From Lingula anatina (lineage: Eukaryota; Animalia; Brachiopoda), in assembly GCA_051362555.1 (NCBI GenBank), contig CM120641.1, positions 19,964,001-20,028,000 on the forward strand: a DNA stretch of 64,000 bases, given 5' to 3'. The position numbers were made by a program, and so were the translations under genes. Below are positions 1 through 10,998 of the stretch, piece after piece. Each line of letters begins with the position of its first letter. The first letter of the stretch is position 1. The notes below the pieces were generated by a model, which was not told where the DNA came from, made no database searches, and saw only the letters and a list, made by a program, of their open reading frames with translations.

Positions 1-1572
1 TGGTAGGATATTAATTAATGCATGTCTGTTATTAAAAAAAATTTTCATTTAAGTGTTTTGTGCTTTTTGAGTAACTTCATTTGCCCAGCAATAACACTTA
101 TCTGTTATTAAAGATCTACTTTTCCTTTTTTTAGGACACAGACCAAATGGGATCACACAATGTGTAAAGAATAAACGGACTTTCAATTATTTTTAACCCC
201 AGCAAAGATACCAAGTAATCTCAAGAACTCCAAAGAACTATTTATTTTGTTTTTAAAGCTTTTTTTATTTGCATTTAACATGTTAGTATTATGCAGAGTA
301 TTGTGTGCATTTTACTTGATGGATATTTTCTTATTACGAGATGTTACTACTTACAACTCAAGTGATGTCAGGGAAAACAAAGTAGTCAAGATGATATGTT
401 TAGTGGCAATAGCATCTATTTACTTGCCAGTGTAATTCAGCATTTGTGTTCGACTTAAAAAACTTAATTGGATATTACTAATTTCATTGAAATTCACGAT
501 TTTGAAGTTTTATCTAGATTTAGCTGGTCTAAATTAGATACAAGAGATATTTGCCAACATTCTCATTCTCAAACAAACTTGACTCGTGAATTTTGAACCA
601 AAATTTTTTTAATACTTTCTTTCAACACATTTTTGTAGAACTGCTTTTTAGTTCTGTATTGTATCAAACAAACTTCAGTGATTTAACTGAAGTGCAAAAT
701 GAGCTAAATATTCACTGCACATCTCATTCCGTCCTTACAGTAGGCTATGCTGTACTTAACGTTAGTGTGAATTGTATTGGACTAATTGAAGGCCATGTGA
801 GTTTTGCACCAGTGTAGCAGCACAAAGCTGTTAGATAATCGGCATTGGGTTAAGACAATCGCAAACAATGTAAATATAACCCAGAAACATTCAAGGCTTG
901 AATTGAAGGGATTTTAAGTTCAAAGAGGTTGGACAAGGGACCAAAACTAACAACTGCACCGTCCAAGTAAACAATTACAAAGAGCATGGTTACACTTTGA
1001 TATGTTTTAATAAATGTGGAGGGACCAAGAAGTGTTAAAAGATCTTTGGCTGGATTCAGTGCATTGCATGTGAAAGTTTCACTCCAAATTATTGCACATT
1101 CTTGTCCACTTAATACTTTTGCCAGTTCTGTTCACCTAATTGTATGAATGCAATAAAATGTTTTGTCAAAGCAACAAAAGTGTTAAAGTTTATTTACAAA
1201 ACCTTGTGACTTTTTCAAAATGAATTATTTTTGTAAAAAAAATTATTTCAGTTATATCACTCACTATACACACTTTCAAATGGTGTTTTCTAACTAAATT
1301 ACATTCCTTTACGAGGAAATTTTCATTCTTTAAAAAATATTTAAAATGACCAGGTTATATTTCTTCTTTATAAGTGACATTCATCTTATCATTAATTACG
1401 TGCCCATGAAGTTCACCAAACTAACCAGCAGCCAAAATCATTTCTTAGTTTGCATATAGCTGCTAACCAGTCCCAGATAGCCAATTTTCTCTTGAAATCA
1501 TGACAAGGAATTGCAATTTTATGCCAAATGAAATAAAATTGAACCAGTGACTGTTATCAATCCTATGGTGTT

Positions 1573-4500
1573 TTATTTTCTTTGCAGTTTCTTCCCTTTA
1601 AAGTTCTTCCCTTTTCCAGTTTTTCGAAACTTATTTCCATTTTTCCTTGGACCTCTTTGCTCTCTGTTAGATCTGTGTATTGACTTTTTGCTCTTAGTCT
1701 TATCCATACTTCCTTTACTTTTGTTACTTGAAAACTGTTTCTGAGGTTTTCTCTGCTGTCTACTGTTGGTTTCAATTTTCTTTCTTTTCTCTGGAATGTC
1801 CGTTTTCATCTTGCGTTTTCGCTTTTGTCCACCAACAGGAAAAAGATCTGAAAATACAAGATTTTATTGAAATAAAAAAAATTATTCTGACTCGCATCCT
1901 TATGTTGTCATTGAAAGTAAATTCCTCAAGCTATGGTAATAAATATAAAGCAAGATTCACAATATTAACCAATTTGCAAATTAAACGTTTGTTCATTGCA
2001 TGTTTTATTTATTCCATTCTTAAGCCTGATAAACTGGTGTAAACAAAACCTAATGTATACTGCAAATAAACTGGAAGAAGTCTTCCGGTAGTCAACAAAA
2101 CTCTGTGTCTTCCTGAAGAACTCGGTTTCACATTTAATGAAATAATTTAGATTAACGTTTTTAGGAAAAGAGGAAAATTAGAACCAATTAGATGTGTACT
2201 GTCCATCTATAACTGAAATGGTGAATTTTAATGACCTAAATTACTAAACATAAACTCAGAGAACATGTTTACCTGGATCTGGTGCTGAGCCAAGTTCTTG
2301 TTTATAGTATTCGACATCATCTTCATCACTCATCTCTTCAGCATCTGAAATTGCAAAATAATCTAAACAATATTATAAATCATACTTTACTAAATTATGT
2401 TTAACTAGACTCAAGTTGGTGTTTTTGTAGATTTCTCAAAAACACCCTTTAACCTTCCATAGACAAGTTGTCAGTTTAAAAAAAAAAGTTACTGTTATCA
2501 AGTCATAAAAATTTTTTTACGCTGCACTATGTTAACAATTCCTAATAAAGAAAGAAAAACCTTGTCATTACACAAACTATGAAAATAATGTGTAGCAGAA
2601 CACTCATTATTTACTCCTTAAACATCAATAAACCACAATAAATCTAGAATAAATGCTACTGAAAAAACAAAACAAAAGGATGTTATTATCATGATGCATT
2701 TACCTTTGCTTGTTTCATTGTTTTTCTCTTCTTCCTTGTTCTTGTCCATCCCAGCTAAGCACTTTTCTTTGTGTCCTTCTTTCTCTTTTTCTTTTTCCTT
2801 TATCCTCTCCATTTGTTGTTGCTTTCTTTTCAATTTAAGTTTTCTGTACAAATTTTAAGACTGCAGATTAATCTTTGAATCAATTGCAACCTTCTACAAG
2901 CCTTTACATCAATAAGTTAAAATATAAGTGAGAATCTTATTGTTTGACAAAAATTTTAGTGCTTGATAAAAATTTCTTAGGAAGCTTACATATTACACAG
3001 TTGTGAAAAATATACTATACAAAAGAAGTGGCCTAAAGCCTAAGGAAAAAGCTGGATGCCTATAAAAAACAAAGATGTCTGCAATTCACTACATATCCTT
3101 TTTTACAATTTAAATCACAAACCTCATCTCACTTACTTTTTATGTTCTCGGAACTCCTTTGCAGCTTGGATTTCCTTTTCTGTCTTTTTTACAAACCTAT
3201 GAAACAAAACATCACCACTGCACATGCCATCCTCAATCTTGACTAGTTGCAAAGTCATCCTTGGACCAATCTCAGTCAACCTACAATTGTGGAAAAAATT
3301 ATAACAAAAATATCATTACTAGCTTGATACCAGTACGTGAGCAGGGCTCAAAATAGCCCATTGCCTGTCATAACTGACTTTCTAAGAAGGCAAGACCCTT
3401 TTTAATGCCAGTTATGGCAAACATAACCCCCCACCCCTAACAACAAAGTCATGATCACTTTAAAAGTAAAATCCATAAAAAATCTTGTATTCTCTAACCT
3501 AAATGAACAATTTCCATGTAATAATAGCAAATGTTCCACCTCATTTTTTTTCACTGCCATCCTATCAAAAGTATATTTACCTGATTGCACTCTGAGCAGA
3601 CTTAATGTTTCCTCTACTGGACATGTGCTGTGGTAGAACCACTTCATTATGAGGACCATCCATCTCAGCTTCACTCTCAGAAAGATTGCCGCCACTAAAT
3701 CATCAAGTACAAAATTATTATGCTGGTTTTGGCGAAATGTGAGCATTTTATTCGCATTTAATCTCTTAAGTTGGACAAAATTAAATTTACAGATAATAAA
3801 AGAGTGTGAAATCTTAACTACTTGTGTCTAAAGTAATACTCGTCCTGGTCTCGCATACAAATTGTGATAGGAGGATTGCTGTTGCATCATGATTCATGCT
3901 TTAAAGAATAGCAAATAGTAGTCATAAACACATAAAGAACAGAGAGAAGAACAATTGTATTACTTCATTCAAAATTATAACAATAAATAAAAATATGTAA
4001 TATTCTAATTTTTTATTTTTGAAATAAACCCTCCAAGCAATTGAGTTCACTTGTTTTATTACAACTAATGTAATTTTTCATCATTCTAGCCCTAGCCTGT
4101 CATTTCAGGACAATCCCATTAGAAAAGGTACATTACCCAAGAACAAATTCACTGACATCATCAAATCTGCTCATGTTGGGAATTTTTGCTTTGATAAGTT
4201 TCTTCACTGCTCTGCCCATCCCCACAGGAACCACCTTGATGTTACTGAAATAACACAGCAATATGAAGTAAAATCCATCAGATATATTCTTTTGGATGGA
4301 AAGAAATATTTTTACAGATCAAAAACCTCATGTACAAACTGAATTAATGAAGAATCACACCACAGACTTTGCATTAAAATAAGCAAATCTGAAATAAAAA
4401 GAATATCAATAATCAACTAACCTTAGATAAAGCAAACATTTTATCTATTTGTTTCAAACTGCAGGTTTTATACAGAACTTATATACTTGAATGGCCTATC

Positions 4501-4836
4501 GATAGAACCCAATTCTAATATTGAAACTGTTGCCACAGATTATATATTTATATCCAAATCTTCCTGTAGATATGTTTTTGTATCATTCTATGCACAAGTG
4601 TACTGTATATATCTAGAGGTAAAATCTTTAGATGTACTTACTAATGTCTGAATTCGATAGTTTCATCTTCTTGGTTATAATTGAATAGTACACATCTTCT
4701 TATGTCATTCAACTTCACCTTAAAAATAGTATAAATTGATAATAAAAATTGAGAACAGACTGGATTACACATAGGAATAATTTCTATTTCAGGACCTTTT
4801 ACTGAAAAAGCTGAATTTTTCTGACTTATTTTTATT

Positions 4837-4892
<56 letters not shown>

Positions 4893-5927
4893 AGGGGGGG
4901 TAATAAGTGAACATACGTTTCTAACTGTTCAATAAATGAGATCAGTAATAATGTAAATGAATTAATCATTTCTATACATCTTAAATTTTGCACATCAGTG
5001 CACTCATGACAAAAGCAGAATTCATGTAAACAACACGGTTCTCCATTTGGTGTAAAAAGCAATTTTGTTCTAAGAGGATTGCAGATATATTTACCTTGGT
5101 AACATTTATAGAAGGGAATAAATTCTGAAACATGCTAGACATCAATTTAAGATGAACACCTTCTCCTGTAAAATTATTCATCACCAACAATGGATGTAGA
5201 TTGAATTGCTTTGGGTCCATATTATGTCTCTTAAGAGAAGAAACAACATCTTTACATAAACTGAACTTCTGGACTTGGAAAGTCAAAGTGGGTCCTCGGG
5301 GTAGGCGTGTCACACGCAAGTTTGTTGAAGTTTCAGACTTCGTAAACATGAGAAGATGAGACACGTTAAGGGTTCCAGCTATCGTCACAAAATCCTTCAG
5401 CACATTCTTCCTTCTTGTCTGGAAAAAAATTTTCATAAGTCACTTTAATAGTCCCTTAATGGGCCATATGAAGCGAGAAAAAGTGCTATAAAGTTTTTGA
5501 AATGACATCAGAATGGTGTTTAAAATAATTTATCTAAAATAGTTTATCAATCAATTTACCTTCTTTCACTAAGACATGAATATCTATTGAAAAACAATTA
5601 AGTTCAGATTAATTATAATGCACAGTATATGCTTTCCACTGGCAAACTGAAGATATTTATAACATTTATATGTATGTTTAATTATAGAAACTATAGAAAT
5701 ACCTTTAGTTTTGAAGCTGTATAGGGTGACATAACTCTCCTCATATCAGTAATGAGTTCTGACACATTTTTTCCAACATGTCCACGATTTATTACAAAGG
5801 AATGAGGAGCTTTCTTATAATGCTCTTCAGCATTCTGCGCCTGAGACTGCTTGGTCTTCTTGGTTGCCTTTCCCTGATGAATGATGGATGACGAAAACGT
5901 ATGTGATAAGTAACATTCGAGCTAACG

Positions 5928-6001
<74 letters not shown>

Positions 6002-6174
6002 CGTTTTTAAACATAAACTTATATAAAGGGCCATAACAGGTAAATAATAGGAATTATAATTTCTCATCTTCAAGTAATGTCTACTAAGAAACAGTAATAC
6101 ACGTGTAAATATGTTCTTGGAGCTACTTAAATTTCGGAAATAATTTGGATATTTACCTTCTTGCGCTTTCCCAT
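1573..6174 (-). CDS. PPAN: Peter Pan / Suppressor of SWI4 1 homolog (Brix-domain ribosome biogenesis factor), 10 coding exons, ~480 aa
   Basis: Exons (minus): 6157-6174, 5703-5873, 5095-5418, 4642-4718, 4137-4244, 3581-3694, 3137-3280, 2704-2843, 2273-2344, 1573-1847; all GT-AG and frame-consistent (1443 nt). Peptides APHSFVINRG, DMRRVMSPYTASKLK, RLPRGPTLTFQV, MFQNLFPSINV, LSESEAE, SAIRLTEIGPRMTLQLVKI match PPAN/Ssf1; Lys-rich C-terminus. Confidence 0.96.
4839..4890. repeat. (TG)n microsatellite
   Basis: Pure TG run in PPAN intron 3. Confidence 0.95.
5929..6000. repeat. (TA)n microsatellite
   Basis: TA run in PPAN intron 1, flanked by AACGTT on both sides. Confidence 0.95.
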
Positions 6175-6510
6175 GACTATTATACGCAGTGACAGAGAAT
6201 TAAGGACACAATGATGTACACAGTTTTGTAAATCTCTAGCTCAAGACGATCGAGCAAGACTCCTCGTGGTGGCTGACATGTTGGACTGATAAAAATTGTG
6301 GAACGGCATAATTACTTCCGTGCAAATGTTTGTTAATTCTGAATGTTAACACTGTCAGAAAACAAAAACAATAAATCAAATAAGAAATGATAAAGTACCA
6401 TGCTATTATTTTGTGCATAGTGTATTTAGTCAAAATGTCACAGATTTAAAATATTTATATTATTCCTTTCCGATAAATTCCCGAAGTGCTACATAACCCA
6501 GCAACCAAGG
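6175..6510. promoter_or_regulatory. Bidirectional promoter between PPAN and PFDN1
   Basis: Divergent start codons only 336 bp apart; locally more CpG than the flanking gene bodies; ETS/GABP-like ACTTCCG at 6314-6320. Confidence 0.75.
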
Positions 6511-7956
6511 ATGGCTTCGGCAGGACCAGCAGTGGACATGGAGCTGAAAAAGGCATGTTTATCCCCTTGCTAAGCACATAACTTTGCATACATATGCAAT
6601 AAAATCTCTTATAATTGATAGTGTTCTGTAGTGTATTATGTAGATTGATCCAGATCCAATTGAATTGGCTATTTTATCCTGTTAACGCGTGCATGACCAA
6701 GACTGACATTTGTAATTTAATTTCTTATTTAAAATTATCATAAAGCCAAGTAAGATTTGCTGTGAAATTTCATAATGTACACTTCTTTCACTATATTAAA
6801 TCCATTTTAAATACCAAGTTACATTTCAACTGATTAACGATGATCAAGAAGTGTATTTACAGTATAACCATGATTAGATATATTTTTGTCGTTGATTGCT
6901 GCATGGTTTAGTTGTGTTAATATTTTAATGGTGTTATATTTATGTTTTTAAGGCTTTCCAAGATCTGCAGTCCAAAATGATACAGACCACTCAACAGCTG
7001 AAAATGTCCGACATGCAGGTTGAACAGCTCAAGCGACAAATTCAGCACTCTAAACTAGTAGAACAAGAATTAAAAACATTACCGGAAGGTGTAAACACTT
7101 ATGAAGGAGTTGGAAGAATGTAAGATATCTACCTATGTTAATGCATTTTTTTTTTGCATTCAAATTATCAGATAAATAAATAGATGAATAAATAGATAAG
7201 CAAAAACAAAGGCCCTGTACTAGTAGTAGTAGTAGTAGTAGTGCAATATCAAAGTATTCAATCATTAGGATTAAACAAACATTCTTGAATAAAATGAGGA
7301 TAAGGCTGTATTATGGAATCTAATTTGTCATAATTCTCAGATAACAAAGTTACTTTTTTGAGCACTGATTAAAGATAATTTAATAAATATTATATTTAAA
7401 CTATCTGGAGTTGTTGCCATAGTATCACTATTTGAATTCTTATTTCAGGTTTATCTGTCAACCAGTGGAAACTATTAAGTCAAATCTTGGAGAGAAAGTA
7501 AAAAATGCAGAAGCAAAAATTAAAACCATTGAGGTAATGGAAGGTTGAGAATTACGAGGACAGTTCTGTTGTTTTAATTGTGGTCTAGTAAAGATGTAAA
7601 ATTATCTGATACCCCTATCATAGGCATATATTTATCAATATAGATGTGTAAGTATAGCTTTTAACTTTGTGTTAAGAATGTTAATTATTTTTTAAGTTAA
7701 AAAGAAAATGGACCCCTATGCTTGTTAAAGGGGGATATCACTTTAATTTCTCTTTCATACTTTGGTAAATAGGTGTAGGTTATATGTTAGAATTTTCAGT
7801 AGGAGAAAGTAATGCAATATTTTCTTTGTAAATTTACAGATTTATCTTTTATTTTATTTTGGATTTCAGACTAACAAACAGTATCTGGAAAGAAGTATAA
7901 AAGAAAGTGAAGACAATCTAAGGGAATTAGTTTTGTCAAAAACTGGAAGACATTAA
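6511..7956 (+). CDS. PFDN1: Prefoldin subunit 1, 4 coding exons, 126 aa
   Basis: Exons 6511-6552, 6953-7119, 7449-7533, 7870-7956 (381 nt). Translation MASAGPAVDMELKKAFQDLQSKMIQTTQQLK...TYEGVGRMFI...NKQYLERSIKESEDNLRELV matches PFDN1. AATAAA at 8027-8032 and 8063-8068. Confidence 0.95.
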
Positions 7957-8654
7957 CCTTTGCATGTGTTAAAGGCACATTTCTGCTTTGCTGTTTTATA
8001 TAGACTATATTATGTATGCAACATAAAATAAAGGAATGTATAATCGTTAAGTGTGCATGTATAATAAATGTATGTTTGTAAAGTACTATTGTGTCACTAC
8101 CTATGTGTCACTACTTGGCTTTAAATAGATTTAGAATAGTGAAATAAAAGAATAAGAAAAAAGACAATAGCTAATAAGGATGATGATATGGTGGATATTT
8201 TCTTCCATTTGTTAAAAAGAATTGTTGGGTTACGTCTCTAATAAAAGTCATTCATTTATGATGTGTAACATGTTTGATGTATTAGGAATGCTGACATTAA
8301 AACTTTGTTTATAAGTGTTTATATTGTAACCATCTGGCTAATCACCTATTAGACTTGGATTAAATCATCTTCATTCTTGATCCTTTAATCTGAACACAAT
8401 TCAAGCATGTGAGGATCGCCTTTGTGCATGCCTGTGCAGTAAAATTCTTAGAGCTTACAGAGTACAGTAGTTGTTAGATCTTGACATTTAAAAAAAATGT
8501 CACTGAATAAAATCCCACGGTATGGCAGAAATAAGAGATTGATTGATTTCTGTTTTTGTGTTTTATTGGCAAGAGTTTTTACACCGTCTTCTCCCCTACC
8601 TGAAGGTCTTCTCTAGCACATTTACATTTCGGTTTGTCTTTTCCACGATGATGT

Positions 8655-8672
8655 GCAGCGCCATCTAGTGAG
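8655..8672. promoter_or_regulatory. CTCF-like binding motif
   Basis: GCAGCGCCATCTAGTGAG (reverse complement CTCACTAGATGGCGCTGC) closely fits the CTCF core CCACYAGRKGGCRS; lies between PFDN1 and the MTR kinase gene. Confidence 0.55.
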
Positions 8673-8702
8673 TAAAATATTGTAAACACTATCACGTGTT
8701 AG

Positions 8703-9045
8703 GCATGAGCTGGAGTTCAGGGTGGTGACCCAAAATTTGGGCCAGCCTAATCTATCTGTATTCCTTGGTCATTATTCAAGCGAGTGTGGCCTTAATGCAG
8801 GTCATGGGGGAGAAGTTGGATACAGAGAAAATTCAACATATTTTGCGCAAATGTGCTCCACTTCCTGGACTAGAGGTGATGTCACATTAGTTTGTAAACA
8901 GCTAGGGAAAGGGAAAGGAATAGTGTAGGGTGGTGGCGATGTAAATTGTGGATGGCCTCTCCTCGTGGTGTCTGTCTGTCACACTGTGTACATTTAACGG
9001 GCTTAAATATGTGTGGACTGAGCTTTGAATCGGGGAAATTTGCCC
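8703..9045 (+). pseudogene. Degenerate SRCR (scavenger receptor cysteine-rich) domain fragment
   Basis: ORF 8722-8928 contains MCSTSWTRGDVTLVCKQLG, fitting the SRCR motif VCDDxWxxxDAxVVCRQLG; it is followed by a stop, with only frameshifted hints of the later SRCR motif. Confidence 0.45.
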
Positions 9046-9138
9046 CCTGTCATCAACATACCCGCATGTTGTTTCTATTAATAGCAGTATTAGACAACTG
9101 AGTAGTTGATAAATACTCACTGTACTCAGCATGCAGTA

Positions 9139-9234
9139 CAGTGGCGGATTTAGAGGGGGGGTCTTGGGGGGGTGGTGTCGGCTCCGCATCCGCGAACCCT
9201 CCCCCCCTTTCAAATTATCCTGGATCCACCCCTG
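9139..9234. mobile_element. Short non-autonomous DNA-transposon-like element (CAGTGGCGGA...TCCACCCCTG termini)
   Basis: Imperfect terminal inverted repeats CAGTGGCGGATTTAG / CTGGATCCACCCCTG around G- and C-runs; no clear target-site duplication. Confidence 0.55.
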
Positions 9235-9382
9235 CAGCACATTCTAAAATGTGAAAAAGTTACAACATAGCGGACAAGGTTATTCATGCTTGTAGCTAGT
9301 AGAAGTGAGTGGGTACTCTTTAGAGTTTAGTTACCGTCAGTATCGCCTTCTTGATCGAGATTGAAAAAATAAGGGGGGGGGG

Positions 9383-10924
9383 ATGAATGATGAGCAATAT
9401 TTTTCTCCTCATGCTGGCATCCTCCACAAAATCTTGGATGTGTCATTGAGAAGGTGATACTTAACATGATTAAGTCAGACATGCGTTTTAAACTTCATTT
9501 GAACTGTTGGACATTTTTTCTTTGAATAAACATGAAAGTTCTGTTATATTACTATAGTGTTGAGGTATATGTTGTATTGTATATGTATTGTTCCCAGTGT
9601 CTAGATGGCAGTGAAGACATAGAGTTGGAAGAGATTGGCGATGGAAATATCAATGATGTTTTTCGAGTTACAAGTGTTAAGGAGCGCTCACAATCCCTTG
9701 TTGTCAAACATGGACCAGCATATATCAAGGTAAATAAATCTATTCTAGATTTTAGATTTAGATTTATTGATATAAAATTTAAGATGATAAATTATAATTA
9801 ATAAAAAGAATTTTAGAAATTTTGTTAAATACTTTTGAGGTTTGAAGTTGGGCATGTTTTGATGTTTTTATTGCTAACCAATTCAGTAAGTATGTACGTT
9901 AGTCATCCAGTCATATTCTATATAAAATAAACTTAAAATATATTGCTGGCCTTAGGGAGATGCAGTGTCGTCAGCTTGTTGTCATCTGCCAATTTATTTT
10001 TATAATTTATTTTATTTATTTATTTATTTTTGCCACAGTGCTTAGGTCCAGAGTTCCCATTATCCATAGTCAGGTTGAAGGTGGAGTATAATGCATTAGC
10101 CGCCTTTCAAAGAATTTGTCCTGGATACTCCCCCTGCCCATATTATTTTGATGTGGAGACCAATGCAGGTACAGTTGAAATTGGCCAGGAATTGTTTTAA
10201 AGGCATGTTGGCTGTAAAGCACTTGTAGTAAGGTAAAGTGTTATTGGTCGTTATAAATTGTTACATCCCTCAAAACATGGTGGATTTATACTCACAAAGT
10301 AGATGACATTATTGAGGTTATAAATAGGGAATTCATTACGGTTCCAGTTGGCAAAAAAGACATACATGTACTTGCTGAATTGCAGTAATGAGCAAAAATT
10401 GTTTTAACCTAAGAAACCAAGATGATTTTGCATGTACAACTTGAATATATGAATGTGAACAAATATTATTGTCAGATCTATAATAATCTGAAACATATAT
10501 ATAAACAAAGATGTAATATCTATTTCAGTTTTAATGGAAGATCTGAGAGATCATTCCATAATGAGAAAACAACTGATAAGTGGAAATATAAATATGGAGA
10601 CTGTGAAGAAGATAGCCTACTTTCTTGGTTGTGTGCACAGGGACACCCATGTCAGCAAACTAAGTGAAGCAGAATTTGAGAAACTTCAGCAAGATTTTCA
10701 GTAAGAACTCTTTCCCTTAATCTCCAACCATTTTTGGAGGGAGAAGATTGATAATTTTAATATATATATATATATTCTTTTTTTTTTGGGGGGGGGGGGG
10801 AGATGTTATTCCTCAAGTGCTGAAATAAAGCCAATATTGCTTTCTTTTTAATAACATAATTGCAAATAAGGATTGGATGCAATGATAACTTAATGTCAGA
10901 TATTGAACTAATTCCTCAATTTCC

Positions 10925-10998
<74 letters not shown>

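Noticed and set aside
810-1110. WIQCIAC peptide resembling a PHD-finger remnant
   Set aside because: Frame has multiple stops and lacks the remaining ligands; too weak.
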